64,000 bases of DNA from Dictyostelium discoideum (GCA_000004695.1 CM000152.2:1696001-1760000), one strand, 5' to 3'; shown: positions 1 through 15,014, counted from the first letter of the stretch. The notes: generated from the sequence alone by a model not told the origin. Numbers and translations: made by a program.

Positions 1-175
1 TGATGAAAAAGATGATAGAAACACTGAAAAATCATCAATCATTGAAACTGATTCAATCATTGAAGATTTAAATATTAATCAAGATGAATCTAATATTACA
101 AATGAAGATGGTGGTAAAATTGGTGATTATGAATCTGAATTATTATATGATCATCATCAACAAGGTGATAGTGAA

Positions 176-271
<96 letters not shown>

Positions 272-1393
272 GAACAACAAATTAATAATAGTGATACAGA
301 AGGTGATTCAGATTCAATTAAATCATCAAATTCAAATATTTACTCTGAAAAGAATATTAAATTATCAAAATTAATGGTATCAACACAACGTAAAGAGATT
401 AGAAGTAGATTTAAATTTGAAAAGAATGGTTATGAATTGAATATTTTCTGTTCATCTTATTATCCTGTACAATTTCATGCATTACGTGAATATATGTGTG
501 GTGATCAAGAGTTTATTCAATCATTAACTCGTTCCAAAATTTGGAATGCTAAAGGTGGTAAGAGTGGATCATCATGGAATAAAACATTGGATGATCGTTT
601 CATTCTAAAACAAGTTAGTAGAATTGAATTGGAATCATTCTTGGATTTTGCACCATTATATTTTGAATATATTTGTAAATCATTTTTAAATCAAATTCCA
701 ACAGCACTTTGCAAGATTTTAGGTGTTTTCACTGTACGTTGGAAGGACTCGAATGGTAAAGCCTTAAAGAAAGATCTCATTGTAATGGAGAATCTATTCC
801 ATAGTAAATGTATCTCCAAAACTTATGATCTTAAAGGTTCATTAAGAGGAAGATTGGTCAAAAATGAGTCTGAAGTTTTATTGGATGAAAATTTATTACA
901 AGCTTCTTTTGCCTCTCCAATTTGTTTAGGTGAATATGACAAAACTCGTGTTGCCTTGGCGGTTTGGAATGATACCGCTTTCCTTTCCTCTTTAAATGTT
1001 ATGGATTATTCTTTATTGTCTGGTATTGATAATCAATCGAATCAATTGGTAGTTGGTATCATAGATTATATGAGAAAATTCACATGGGATAAAGCATTGG
1101 AAATGAAAGTTAAACAATCTGGTATCATGGGTGGTGGTGGTAAAGTTCCAACTGTCATCTCTCCAAAACAATATAAACTTAGATTCAGAGATGCAATGTG
1201 GTTATATTTTACACTTTCTCCTGATAAATTCACAAAAGTTAAACATTTAATGCCATATGAAAAAAAGAAAAATAATAATAATAATTATAATTATAATAAT
1301 TTTAATAACAATAATTTTAATAATAATAATAATATTAGTAATAATGGTAATGGAAATATAAATCAAAGACAAGTCCAACAAATTAATAAATAA
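1..1393 (+). CDS. pip5k3: PIKfyve/Fab1-type 1-phosphatidylinositol-3-phosphate 5-kinase, C-terminal PIPK catalytic domain; 5' partial, gene begins upstream of window
   Basis: The frame starting at nt 2 is open from the window edge to TAA at 1391-1393. It contains PIPK catalytic-domain motifs (MENLFHSK, DLKGSLRGR, MDYSLLSGID, GIIDYMRKFTWDKALEMKVK). ORF-track ORF 84-374 is in another frame and is a poly-Ile artefact of the AAT repeat; the in-frame poly-N run is typical. Confidence 0.8.
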
Positions 1394-1545
1394 CAAAATT
1401 TTATATAATAAAATTTATTGTAAAAATAAAAAAATTTAAAGTTTATTATATATTTTCTTAAACTTTAACTCTTCTTTTTTTTTTTTTCTTTTTTTTTATT
1501 TACACTACTATATACATGTTATCATTATTATTATTATTATTATTA

Positions 1546-1577
<32 letters not shown>

Positions 1578-1578
1578 T

Positions 1579-1803
1579 TTATAAAACCTTTTTAGTTGTC
1601 ATTAATGATATGAATTCTGATTTATTTATTACACCATCGCCATCAGTGTCAGCAAATTCTATCATATCATACAAGTCACTATCTGAACATTCTTCACCAA
1701 TGTTAATTGCAACCTTTTTTAAATCTTTAAATGTAATTCCAGATCCATCTTTAACAAATAATTTAAATGCTTGTTCTAATGTTGACATACTATCTCTTTT
1801 GGG
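1579..1803 (-). CDS. Centrin/calmodulin-like EF-hand protein, exon 2 (encodes PKRDSMSTLEQAFKLF...DTDGDGVINKSEF...KKVL, stop at 1579)
   Basis: Canonical EF-hand loop DTDGDGVINKSEF. The acceptor is TTTAACATTTAAG, phase 0. The total product is 150 aa, matching the centrin EF3-EF4 region. Confidence 0.65.
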   Translation of the reverse strand, partial: PKRDSMSTLEQAFKLFVKDGSGITFKDLKKVAINIGEECSDSDLYDMIEFADTDGDGVINKSEFISLMTTKKVL

Positions 1804-1926
1804 CTTAAATGTTAAAAATGAAAATAAATAAAAAAAAAAATAAAAAAATAAAGTTAATATTTAAAATGGCCCAATATTTTTTTTTTTTTTTTTTTCACCT
1901 AAATAATAATTAATAGAAATACAAAC

Positions 1927-2154
1927 TATATATGGGGAAACCAATTCAAAAAAAGAATTAAATGATATTGATTTTTGACCTTTTTTCTTTATTAATTCTA
2001 AAGTTTCTTCTGTTATTTCACAACCTAATGCCTTAAATGCGTATTTTATTTGATCATTGTCCAATTTACCATTATCTGATTTAAACATATCAAATGATTC
2101 TTTAATTTCTGAAATTTGGTCGTCTGTTAATTTATTTGTATTTGTTTTTACCAT
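1927..2154 (-). CDS. Centrin/calmodulin-like EF-hand protein, exon 1 (76 codons, ATG at 2154)
   Basis: Translation MVKTNTNKLTDDQISEIKESFDMFKSDNGKLDNDQIKYAFKALGCEITEETLELIKKKGQKSISFNSFFELVSPYI. The exon ends at a GTTTGT donor. The spacing from FFEL to AFKLF (18 aa) matches centrins exactly once the 123-nt intron 1804-1926 is removed. Confidence 0.65.
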
Positions 2155-2726
2155 TTTCTCGTTTTTTAAATTTTAAAACTAATTAAAAGAAAATTTTAAA
2201 AAAAAAAATAAAAAAAAAATAAAAAAATAAAAATAAAATTAAACCCAGTTTTTTTGGGAAAAAAAAAAAAAAAAATAAATTAATTAATTAAAAATTTATT
2301 TAATATAAAAACAAATAAATCAAATTCCATTGTCTTTAATAAATAATTTGAAAAAATAATACTTTTTCAGAAAATTGATTAATTGATTTTTTTGTAATTA
2401 AATAAGTTTAAAAAAAAAAAAAAATTATTTTTAATATTTTTTTTTTTTTTGTGTGCCAAATTTCCAAATGTTTTTATTAATCATATAATTGATAAAATTT
2501 TTAAACAAATAGAGATAAATAAGTTAATGCATTATCTATTTTAGTTCACCAAATTTTCATAAAAGGTAACCAAGAAAAAAAAAAAAAAAATTAAAAATAA
2601 AATAAAAATTAAAAATAAAAATAAAAATAAAAAAAAAAAATAAAAAAATTTTAAATTTTTTTTTATTTTTTTTTTATTTTTGATTTTATCATTCGGTCGT
2701 CGTTTCAGTGTAATTAAAAAAAAAGA

Positions 2727-3164
2727 ATGTCAACAACCGAAAATCAACAAGCAACCATTGAAAATAACCAATCATTGGAAACAGAAAATAATAATAATAA
2801 TAATGATGAAACTTGTAAAAAAAGAACCTTAGAAGAAACTGAAAATAAAAATAAAAACTTTGTTAATAAAAAATTAAGAAAAGAACAAAAAAAAAAAGAA
2901 ACAAAAGAAAACAAAAAACAAAAAACATTAAATAATCAAGAAAATAAAAAAGAAAATGTAGATAAAAAAGATGAACAAGAAGAAGCCACTACAGATCCAA
3001 ATGATTATGATGAAAAGAAAGTAATTTTCAAAGGTAAATTTAAATCATGGAAAAAACATAGCAGATTATTCGCAACTGATGAAGTTGTAAAAGGTTTATT
3101 AGTTTGTTGTGACTCAATGAGAGAGGCAAATAGTATTGGTGAAATGTTACCATTACTAAATATC
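2727..3164 (+). CDS. thumpd1: THUMP domain-containing protein 1 (THUMPD1/Tan1 homolog), exon 1
   Basis: ATG at 2727. K/E-rich N-terminus, then FKGKFKSWKK...LLVCCDSMREANSIGEMLPLLNI. GTATGT donor at 3165, phase 0. Confidence 0.7.
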
Positions 3165-3258
3165 GTATGTATTATACTCTATCATCATCATCATCATTAT
3201 CATCATCATTATCATCATTATTATTTATTAATTAATTAATTAATTTTTAATTATATAG

Positions 3259-3644
3259 TTTGCAGATAAATATTTCCCAAAAGAAGAGAAAGAAGAAGAA
3301 ATGAAGACAGAAAAAGTGAATTCATATTATGGTACAAATGAACAAAAACAAGAGGGTACAACAGATGTTGAACCATCAGAATTAAAGAAAAGAAAAAGAT
3401 TTGAATTAATTAATTCAGGTTGTGGTGGTATCTATTTCATTAGTATTCCAATTGAAAATGTTGATCCAATTGATTTTATGAATTGTATATTTGTTGATAT
3501 TTATAAACGTCAAATGGTAAAAAAGAATCTTTCAACTGATTTCATAGATAATGATATCATTAAAAACTTTCCAGAATCAACTAAAAAAATGTTAGAAAAT
3601 GCAAATCAATCCATTTTCATAGCAGATAAAGTTTTAAATAGAGT
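3259..3644 (+). CDS. thumpd1: THUMPD1 homolog, exon 2
   Basis: The acceptor TTATATAG ends at 3258 and gives an in-frame join. TAG at 3256-3258 is the frame boundary. The exon ends at a GTATGT donor at 3645, phase 2. Confidence 0.65.
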
Positions 3645-3736
3645 GTATGTTATTTTAATTGATTACATTTTTATACACATACACACAAACCCTTATATAT
3701 ATTAATATAAAAATAAAAACACACACACTATTTTAG

Positions 3737-4268
3737 AATTTTTACAAGTAAAGTGTTACCAATTTTAAGAACATTCCGTGCATCAGAAGTTGATATGTAC
3801 CCAATTATGAGAGAAGTGATTAAAGAGAATTTTAAGAATGCTCAAGGTAAGACTTTTGCAATTGAATTGAGAAGTAGAAATAATAGTTCATTAGAAAAGA
3901 ATAAAGTTATTAAAGATATTGCTGAAATGGTTGATCCAAGTATTAAAGTAGATCTTTCAAATCCTGATCTTGTCATTGTCATTGAGATTATAAAATCATC
4001 TGTTGTAACCTCCGTAATTCCACAATATAAAAAATTATTTAAATTAAATCTTAGAGAAGTTATCAAATGTGAATTAGATAGAAAACCATCTCAATCAAAA
4101 CAACAATTAAAAGATGAAAAAAAACAACAATTAATTAAAAAACAAGAACAATATTTAAAAGAAAAAGAAGAAAAAGAAAAAGAAAAAGAAAAAGATCAAC
4201 AACAAAAACAAGAAGAAGAGGAAGGTAACTTAAAAACTGAAACTGATAAAAATAATGAAAATAAATAA
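3737..4268 (+). CDS. thumpd1: THUMPD1 homolog, exon 3 (THUMP domain; stop 4266-4268)
   Basis: Acceptor TTTTAG ends at 3736. SKVLPILRTFRAS...GKTFAIELRSRNNSS...KVDLSNPDLVIVIEIIKSSVVTSVIPQYKKLFKLNLREVIK aligns residue-by-residue with the human THUMPD1 THUMP region (KVDLTNPQYTVVVEIIKAVCCLSVVKDYMLFRKYNLQEVVK). Confidence 0.75.
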
Positions 4269-5021
4269 AATCTTTAAAAAGAATAATATTTTCTATTATT
4301 ATAAAATTTTTTTTTTTTTTTTTTTTTTTAAACGGAGCATTCATGAATGATCTAACAACAATAATTGGAATTTACACCATAATTATTGTTATGTTCAAGT
4401 TTTGGACGTTTACCATGTTTTGAAATTCTAATTTTTTGGAGAAAAAAAAAAAAAAAAGCAAAAGGAAAAAAGAATTAAAAAATTATTACACCCTTGAGTG
4501 TTATTATTAATTAAATTATTTTTTTGGAAAGAAAAAATAAAAAAAAAAAAAAATTTGAAAATGAAAAAAAATAAAAATATCAACTGAAAACCACTTGTAA
4601 ATATTCACATAAAAAAAAAAGATACTTATTAATAAATCTTATACTTTTATATATTTATTTATAGAACAATCAAATTTCATTCCTTCCATATTTATATAAA
4701 AAAAAAAAATTTTAAAATAAAAAAAATTTAAAAAAAAAATTAAAAAACCATAAAAAAAAAAAAAACTGAAAAAAAAAGTTTTTTTTTTTTTTTTATTTTT
4801 GTTTCATAAAAAAAAAAAAATTTAGCACTTCAAAAACCAACTATAAAAAGAAAAAAAAAAAAAAATAAAAAAAAATAAAAATATTGAAAAAACCAAAAAT
4901 TATTAAACAAATAAAAACACAAAAATAAAAATAAAAATAATAATCATATATATATATATACATATAGGTAGAAAATAAAAAAAAAAAAAAAAAAAAAACA
5001 AAATAAAATAAAAATAAAAAG

Positions 5022-5276
5022 ATGATTGAATCAGTATGGTCAATTAAGATAATGGAGGGAGTATCAGAAGATTTTTATGATTCAGGACCAACATTTCAAT
5101 ATCCAAATCCTCTATCATCAATTTATGATAAATCCATGAACATTGATTTAATGAATCATTATCATCCATCTACATCACTAATAACAAATAGTAATAACCC
5201 ATTCTATGAATCATTGAGTGATACAAGTAGTGATGATTTAAATAATGAAGATAATAGTAATAGTAATAATAATCAA

Positions 5277-5318
<42 letters not shown>

Positions 5319-5981
5319 CAAAATAGTAATAATAAATTATTAGGAATTGAAAAACAATTACAATCAATAAATTTATTAACAAATAAAGTGGATTGGAGTG
5401 ATTACCATCAACAAGTTTATCATGGATGTTCAAATGAGAATAGTCAATTAATAAGTTGGTCAGTGGATAACCAAATAGCATTCACAATGAATTTCAATAA
5501 GAATCAATTCATTAAACAAGAGCAACAACAAATCTATATAACCAGAGTAGAGTATCCACATGAATATGTCGTTATAAAGACATCACATACCAATAGTATA
5601 AAATGTTTAGAGTGGTCAACTCAGTCACCTTCAAATTTATTATTATCATTTGATCAATCTGATAAATTATGTCTTTGGAAAACTAAAGATAATTGTTCAG
5701 ATGATTGGTATTGCTTACATATTTTCCCTTTTCAATATTTATTACTTTCAAAATGGTTACCATTACGTTCAACTTATACTCCAATTTTTGATCCTTTTAA
5801 TTTAAATAATACCAACAATAATAATAATAATACTACAAATATAAATAATAATAATAATAATAATAGTAATAATAGTAATACAAGTACGAATACATTTAAA
5901 TCACCATTTGAATCATTAATAACTGATAATCATATTGATAATTCTTTTCAAACTTTTATAAGTATAACTAAAGATGGAAAG
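5022..5981 (+). CDS. med16: MED16-like protein (N-terminal WD-repeat region), exon 1
   Basis: ATG at 5022. Poly-N run, then WD-like segment [36 protein letters not shown] donor at 5982, phase 0. Confidence 0.5.
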
Positions 5982-6058
5982 GTAATTATTATTATTAATT
6001 AATTTATTATAATAATTAAATATTAATGTATGTATGTATATATATATATATTTTATAG

Positions 6059-6260
6059 ATTTATATAGGGTATTATGGTATAGTTGAAAGTTGTTGGAAA
6101 TATATTATTGGACAAATTCCATTACCATTTTATCATACGATTGATTGTGTTGATATATTTCCAACTCAAGAACCAGATTCACTTTTAGTTACAATCTATT
6201 CAAAGAATATAGGATTAGCTTTAATAGTTTATCATATTAATTATAATATTCATACAAGTG
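6059..6260 (+). CDS. med16: MED16-like protein, exon 2 (not in ORF track; no Met)
   Basis: The acceptor TTTTATAG ends at 6058. The open frame reads [73 protein letters not shown] donor at 6261, phase 1. Confidence 0.5.
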
Positions 6261-6376
6261 GTATGTTTAAATTTATTATTTAATTTTTTTTTTTTTTTCT
6301 TTAGTTGAATATTTATTAATTATTTCATTTTTTTTATTATTTTTATTTTTTTAATGATTTATTAAATAATTTATAG

Positions 6377-7971
<1,595 letters not shown>

Positions 7972-8065
7972 GTAAGTTTTTCTTTTAAAAAAAAAAAAAA
8001 AAAAACAAAACAAAATTTATATTTATTTATTTTACTAACTATAATTTTTTTATAAAAATTTATAG

Positions 8066-10006
8066 ATTAGTTTTTTATGTGACTTTAATTTATTATTTGT
8101 AATATTTGAATTAATGAATATAAGTAAATTATTTAAAGAAAAGACATCAACATCACAGTCAAAAGTTAAATTTAAAAAATCAAAAGAGATTGATTTCTTT
8201 TTAGAGTATTTTACAAAGATTATAAAAGTTTTATGTAAAGAGGTAGTTTCATCATCATCATCATCAAATAATAATAATCCAGATGAAATTAATAATACAT
8301 TGGGATTAATTGATACTTATCTTAGTACTTTCTATGGATTTTTAAGTGAAGATAAATTAGATCAAGTTATAACACCTCCAGCTATTGAATGTAAAGGTTC
8401 TCATATGAATTCAATTATTGCAATAATGAAAAAATTCGATTCAATCATACCTTCTGAAGTCATTGCTGATACAAATGATATTTCAATTAATATCTCTTAT
8501 TCAATTTTAGATTTAGATCCACCTTTAGATGGTTTCTTAGATCAAAATCCAATAACTTCTTCTTCATTGTCAACAATACAACAACAACAACAACAACAAC
8601 AACTTGGAAATAGTAGTAACAATAATAATTATAACAATAATAATAATAATGATACTAGTGGTAATGGTTCAGTAATATTTAAATATTCACCAAAGAGTAC
8701 TGAATATATGGGAATTGTTCATGATATTATCACAAGAATACCAATTGCACCAAGAATTGATAAACCATACAAAAAATGTATTAGATGTCATAGAATTACT
8801 GTGATGTTACGTACCTCTATGTTTTGGTCTGATCGTTGGTCAATGGCTTGTCCAATTTGTGGTGGAAAATGGAAATCTTATCAATCTTCCTCTTCTTCAT
8901 ATTCTTCTTCCTCCAATACTCATGATATTGGTGCTCCTATTCAACAACCTCAATCACAACCGCAATTGAATCCACCACAATCCCAAACTCAAAATCAAGC
9001 ACAAACACAATCCCAAACTCAAAACCAAAACCAACCACAAACTCAATCACAAACACAAACTCAACCACAGACACAGACACAACCCCAAACACAAACTCAA
9101 CCACAGATCCAATCGCAACAAACTCCACAATCACAAATACAAACTCAAACTCAACCACAAAACCAAACTCAATCACAAAATCAACCACAGATCCAATCGC
9201 AACAAACTCCACAATCACAAACACAAACCCAACAATCACAAAACCAACAAACCCAAAATCAAAATCAAAATCAAAACCAAAATCAAAACCAAAACCAAAA
9301 CCAACAAAACCAAAACCAAAACCAACAAAACCAAAACCAACAAAACCAAAATCAACTAAATCAAAACCAACAAAATCAAAACCAACAAAATCAAAACCAA
9401 CAAAATCAAAACCAACAAAATCAAAATCAAAACCAAAACCAAAACCAAAACCAAAACCAAAACCAAAACCAAAACCAATATCAAAATCAGAATCAAAACC
9501 AAAATCAAAATCAAAATCAAAATCAAAATCAAAATCAAAATCAAAATCAAAATCAAAATCAAAATCAAAATCAAAATCAAAATCAAAATCAAAACCAAAA
9601 TCAACAAAGCCAACAACTTCAACAGCAACTTTTACAACAACAACTACAGCAGCAACAACTTCAACAGCAACTATTACAACAGCAACAACAACAACAACTA
9701 CAACAACAACAACTACAACAACAACAAATACTACTTCAACAACAGCAACAACAACAAAATCAACAAACACCTCAACAAAACCAACAAACACCTCAACAAC
9801 ATCCACCGACACCACAATCACATATTAATCAACAGAACTTGAACCACACCCCACAACAACATCAAGAACCTGTTCATACTCCACAACAACATCCACCAAC
9901 ACCACANNNNNNNNNNNNNNNNNNNNNNNNNNNNNNNNNNNNNNNNNNNNNNNNNNNNNNNNNNNNNNNNNNNNNNNNNNNNNNNNNNNNNNNNNNNNNN
10001 NNNNNN

Positions 10007-10054
<48 letters not shown>

Positions 10055-11306
10055 GGCTGCTTTACTACTACAACAGCAACAACAGCAAGCTGCTCAACAA
10101 GCCGCTTTACTTCAACAGCAACAACAACAACAAGCTGCTCAACAAGCTGCTGCTCAACAAGCTGCTCAACAAGCTCAGCAAGCTGCTTTACTTCAACAAC
10201 AACAACAAGCTGCTCAACAAGCTCAGCAAGCCGCTTTACTTCAACAACAACAACAAGCTGCCCAACAAGCCCTGCTCCAACAAAAACAACAAGCTGCTGC
10301 TCAACAAGCTCTACTCCAGCAACAACATCAACAAATTCAAAATATGAAAAATCAACAAGCAACTTCACCTCAATCACCATTATCAGGAGTACCACACCAT
10401 AATCAAATTACCCTACAACAACAACAACTACTACAACAACAACAACTACAACAACAGCAGCAAGCCCAGCAACAGCAACAACAGCAACAACAACCTAATC
10501 AACAAATGAGTCAAGGACAACATCCAGTCCCTCAACCAAATCAATTTGCAATGGCAAAACCACCAATTCAAAATCCACAACCCCATTTAATACCAAACCC
10601 ACAACAACCATCCGTACCAAATCCTCATGGCGCCAGTGTCGCTTCACCCCAAACCCCTTCTACAATTCAACAACATTTCCAAAAGAATCATGCTGCGCTT
10701 GCTCAAAATAATGCAAATATCAACACAAACTCACAACAACAAGCGGCACTTAAACAACAGGCTACAAACATTTCATTACAAATCTCTCAGCAACAACAAG
10801 GAAGTCCTCAACAATTGCAATTAATGCAACAACAACAAATGGTACTTTCCCAAATTACTCAATTGCAGCAACAACACACTAAACTTACTCAAACCCATAA
10901 TTATCTTCAACAACAAACTCAATTTCTTATTCAACAATTACAGTTACATCAACAACAACAACAACAACCACAACAACAAAACCAACAACAACAGCAACAA
11001 AACCAACCACAACAGCAACCACAACCACAACCACAACCTCAACCACAACCACAACCACAACCACAACCACAACCACAACCACAACCACCACAACAACAAA
11101 ACCAAAACCAACCACAACAGCAACCAAACCAACCAAACCAACAAATAACAAATCAACAAGTAAATCAACAACAGAATCAACAAATGTCTTTGAATGCTTT
11201 ATTACAACAGTTGCAACAACTTCAACAACTAAGCCAACAAGGTCAATTAACACCACAACAAATTCAACTACAGCAACAAATTATATCACAACTACAACAG
11301 AATTAA
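8066..11306 (+). CDS. med16: MED16-like protein, exon 4: conserved C-terminal Cys4 module ([35 protein letters not shown]) followed by a >700-aa Q/N/P-rich tail; contains the 100-N gap 9907-10006
   Basis: Splicing 7971 to 8066 is in frame with no stop ([26 protein letters not shown]...). An N-terminal WD propeller plus C-terminal Zn-ribbon-like CxxC...CxxC is the MED16 architecture. The frame after the gap cannot be tied to the frame before it. The post-gap frame (that of ORF 10344-11306) runs to TAA at 11304-11306. Confidence 0.4.
9907..10006. other. Assembly gap (100 N)
   Basis: Exact N100 inside the MED16-like poly-Q coding tail. Confidence 1.
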
Positions 11307-12044
11307 ATTCAGCAACACCAACGCCAACAACTAAATCAACAACAACAACAAAATCAACAACAAAATCAACAACAAAATCAACAACAAAATCAACAACAAA
11401 ATCATCAAAATCAACAAAATCATCCAAAAACCCAACCACAACAAAATCAAAATCAAAATCAACAATTCCAACAAAATCAACAAAATCAAAATCAACAAAA
11501 TCAACAAAATCAACAAAATCAACAAAATCAACAAAATCAACAAATAAATCAACAATTAAACCAACAACAGCAGTTTTTTCAAATGATACAAAATCTTAGA
11601 ACAACTGACCCACAGCGTTATGAGCAATTGAGACAGCAACAATTACAATTACAACAACAGCAACAACAGCAACAACAACAGCAACCACAACAACCACAAC
11701 CTCAACAACCACAACAACCACAACAACCACAACAACCACAACAACCTCAACAACCACAACAGCAACCTCAACAAAACCAAGTTCCCCAACAATTCCAACA
11801 GTTCCGTCCACAGCAACTCACTGTTCAACAAATACAACAGTTGCAGCAATTTCAACAACAACAGCAACAGCAACAACACCAACCAACCCAACAACAATTT
11901 CAATTAACTCCTCAACAAATCCAACAATTCCAACAACTAAATCCACAACAAGCTTTTCAATTACAACAACAATTGCAACAACAACAGTTGCAACAGCAAC
12001 AACAACAACAACAACAACAACAACAAAACCAAAATCCACAATAA
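11307..12044 (+). other. Q-rich open frame continuing the MED16-like tail in the same frame after a single TAA
   Basis: Frame 0 is open from 11307 to TAA TAA at 12042-12047. It carries the same LTPQQIQ(L/Q)FQQL motif as the upstream tail, and only one stop codon separates the two. Confidence 0.3.
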
Positions 12045-12173
12045 TAAAAGTGTACATAAATTATTTATTCATTCTATTGATTATTAATAAATAAAAATAA
12101 AATTAAAAAGACTGAGAATCTATTTTTGTTTTAAATAATATTATTTTTTTTTATTTTATATTAAAAAAAGAAA

Positions 12174-14150
12174 TTAATGTAAAAGTTTTCTTAAAACATA
12201 AGATAAGATACCATTATTTGCCCAATATTCAACTTCGATTGGAGTATCGAAACGAAGGATAGTTTCAAAAGATTTACCACAATTAGTGGTAACCTTTACG
12301 GTTTGACCAGTTTTAATGAGGGATTTATCAGTTGGTAACTCGATATTGAATTGTTCTTTACCAGTGAGACCCAAAGTAGAGGCATTTTGACCTGGTTGGA
12401 ATTGCAATGGGATAATACCCATACCAACGAGATTGGATCTATGAATACGTTCAAATGAGATGGCAATGACACACTTAATTCCTTGAAGGTATGGACCTTT
12501 GGCAGCCCAATCTCTAGAACTACCAGAGCCATAATCACTACCAGCCAAAACAATGAGTTGATGACCTTCTGATTGATATTTTTCTGCAGCATCTGAAATA
12601 AACATTAACTCACCAGTTGGTACATAGGTTGTTTGTGGACCAACGGCTGGAGCCAATTTATTAACAATACGAGTATTGGCAAAGGTACCTCTAACCATAA
12701 TTTCATCATTACCTCTACGAGATCCATAGGTGTTAAAATCTTCTGGTTTTACACCTTTGGACTCTAAATAACGAGCGGCTGATGATTTTCTATTGATGTT
12801 ACCGGCTGGTGAAATATGATCAGTGGTAATACTATCACCAAGATTCAAAAGACAATAAGCATTTGTAATGGCAGGTCTCTTTGAAACGGTTAATTCCATA
12901 GTCTTAAAGAATGGTGGATTATGGATATAAGTTGATTTTTCATCCCATGGGTAAAGTAAACCAGTTGGTACCTTTAATTCATTCCAACTTTTATTACCAT
13001 CGTTTACATTTGAATAAACTCTTTCATACATATCTGGAAGAACACTTGATTTAATGGTTTGTTGAATCAAATCTTTTGATGGCCAAATATCACGAAGGAA
13101 TACTGGTTGACCAGTTTTTTTAGAGACACCCAATGGAGTGGTTTCAAAATCGATATCAACAGTACCAGCCAATGCATAAGCAACTACCAATGGTGGGGAA
13201 GCTAAATAATTGGCTCTAAGGAGTGGATGAATACGACCTTCGAAATTACGATTACCAGAGAGTACACCGGCGACAACCAAATCCTCTTTGGTGATTGCTT
13301 CTGCGAGTGGTTCGGCCAATTCACCACTATTACCTATACAAGTCATACAACCGTAACCAGTTAAATCGAAACCCAACTTATTAAGTGGTTCTTGAAGGCC
13401 ACTATGAGAAAAGTATTCAGTGACAACACCAGAACCTGGTGATAAACTAGTTTTAATGTATGGAGCAACCTCTAAACCATGTTCAACAGCATTCTTTGCT
13501 AATAAACCTGCACCCAACATTACTGATGGATTACTTGTATTGGTACAACTTGTAATTGCTGCAATGGTAACTGCACCATGACCAATGGTATATTGTTTAT
13601 CTTTGAATGTGAAAGTTGCTTTCTTTTGAATTTGATCAGCAGTTAAACCAAAACCTTTAAAACCTACTGGTGATGAGAGACAACTATTGAAATCTTGTTT
13701 CATTGAATTGAGTGAGATACGATCATGTGGTCTCTTTGGTCCTGATAAACTTGGTACAACGGTTGATAAATCCAATTCCATAGTGGTGGTAAAGATTGGA
13801 TGTGATTGTGACTTATAGTTACACATTAAACCTTGTGATGATAAATAGTTTTTAATATATTCAATCTTTGTATTTGAACGACCAGTTGAGGCTAAATAAT
13901 CAATAGTATTCTCATCAGCTGGAAAGAAACCCATAGTTGCTCCATACTCTGGTGCCATATTTGAAATGGTTGCTCTATCTTGAACTGATAATGTTGATAC
14001 ACCTTCACCATAAAATTCTACAAATTTACCAACTACACCTTTCTTTCTTAATTCATTGGTAACTGTTAAAACTAAATCAGTTGCTGTTGCAATATCTGGT
14101 AATTTACCTACAAATTTATATCCAACAACTTCTGGTAATACCATTGACAT
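12174..14150 (-). CDS. aco1: Aconitate hydratase, exon 5 (658 codons to stop; Fe-S cysteines, SGNRNFEGR, swivel domain)
   Basis: [11 protein letters not shown]... to ...YVLRKLLH is collinear with human ACO1/IRP1. The five exons sum to 894 aa, against 889 aa for human. Confidence 0.9.
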   Translation of the reverse strand: MSMVLPEVVGYKFVGKLPDIATATDLVLTVTNELRKKGVVGKFVEFYGEGVSTLSVQDRATISNMAPEYGATMGFFPADENTIDYLASTGRSNTKIEYIKNYLSSQGLMCNYKSQSHPIFTTTMELDLSTVVPSLSGPKRPHDRISLNSMKQDFNSCLSSPVGFKGFGLTADQIQKKATFTFKDKQYTIGHGAVTIAAITSCTNTSNPSVMLGAGLLAKNAVEHGLEVAPYIKTSLSPGSGVVTEYFSHSGLQEPLNKLGFDLTGYGCMTCIGNSGELAEPLAEAITKEDLVVAGVLSGNRNFEGRIHPLLRANYLASPPLVVAYALAGTVDIDFETTPLGVSKKTGQPVFLRDIWPSKDLIQQTIKSSVLPDMYERVYSNVNDGNKSWNELKVPTGLLYPWDEKSTYIHNPPFFKTMELTVSKRPAITNAYCLLNLGDSITTDHISPAGNINRKSSAARYLESKGVKPEDFNTYGSRRGNDEIMVRGTFANTRIVNKLAPAVGPQTTYVPTGELMFISDAAEKYQSEGHQLIVLAGSDYGSGSSRDWAAKGPYLQGIKCVIAISFERIHRSNLVGMGIIPLQFQPGQNASTLGLTGKEQFNIELPTDKSLIKTGQTVKVTTNCGKSFETILRFDTPIEVEYWANNGILSYVLRKLLH

Positions 14151-14229
14151 CTAATAATAAAAAAAAAAAAAATTAATAAATTTTATAAATAAAATTATAT
14201 AAAAATGAAATTTTATTTATAAAACTTAC

Positions 14230-14530
14230 TGGTTGACCAAGCATAACAGCTTCAGCTTCAATACCACCAACACCCCAACCACAAACACCTAAACCATTAA
14301 TCATTGTTGTATGAGAATCAGTACCAACAACACTATCCGGATATAAGAGGTTACCAGTTCCATTCATAACTTCTCTTGCAATATACTCTAAATTTACTTG
14401 ATGTACAATACCACTTCCAGGTGGAGCAATAAATAATCCATCAAATGCTTGAGCACCCCATTTTAAAAATGAAAATCTTTCATGATTTCTATGGAATTCA
14501 ATCTTTTGATTTTGCTCTAAAGCATCAACA
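14230..14530 (-). CDS. aco1: Aconitate hydratase, exon 4 (ends ...[30 protein letters not shown])
   Basis: Contains the invariant aconitase-family segment. GTAAGT donor, phase 0. Confidence 0.85.
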
Positions 14531-14613
14531 CTTTTTTTTTTTTATATAATTTTTGGAAATTGGATATGTTAGTTTTTTAATATTAAAAAAAAAAAAAAAA
14601 AAGAAAAACTTAC

Positions 14614-14751
14614 GTTCTTGATACATCAACTTGAACAGAGTGATCAATAACTAAATCAACTGGAACAAGTGGGTTAATTTTTGCTGGATCACCACCTAAT
14701 CTTTTCATGGCATCTCTCATTGCTGCAAGATCAACAACTGCTGGTACACCA
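14614..14751 (-). CDS. aco1: Aconitate hydratase, exon 3
   Basis: [51 protein letters not shown] donor. Confidence 0.8.
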
Positions 14752-14755
14752 CTTT

Positions 14756-14801
<46 letters not shown>

Positions 14802-14848
14802 TAATTAGATTACCTTTTGAAAATAATAAGGAAAAAAATAATACTTAC

Positions 14849-15014
14849 GTAAAATCTTGTAATAATACTCTTGCTGGTTTGAAAGGAATTTCAACTTTAT
14901 TTGCAGTGTTTTCCCAATTTAAGATATTTTCAACATCTTTTTCGTGTACTTCAAAGTTATCACAATTACGAACTGCTGATTCCAAAAGAATTCTAATGGA
15001 GTATGGTAATTTTT
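14849..15014 (-). CDS. aco1: Aconitate hydratase, exon 2
   Basis: [66 protein letters not shown] acceptor, GTAAGT donor. Confidence 0.8.

Noticed and set aside
84-374. ORF-track ORF encoding poly-Ile
   Set aside because: Wrong frame of the AAT repeat. The real PIKfyve frame starts at nt 2 and reads poly-N here.
7972-8065. Reading ORF 6409-8055 straight through to its stop ([30 protein letters not shown]) as the end of the first gene
   Set aside because: GTAAGT at 7972, TACTAAC and TATAG at 8065 give a clean, frame-preserving splice into the long downstream exon. The alternative tail is poly-K/poly-T-encoded junk. Kept as a possibility but not preferred.
8937-9821. Minus-strand ORFs rich in V/F/D/L opposite the MED16-like tail; similar ones opposite 9356-9628, 9825-10395, 10927-11256, 11331-11903, 18949-19428, 19825-20046, 31051-31455 and 41746-42006
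   Set aside because: These are antisense artefacts of CAA/CAAAAC coding repeats. TTG/GTT-rich frames are stop-free by composition, and they carry no start context or splice logic.
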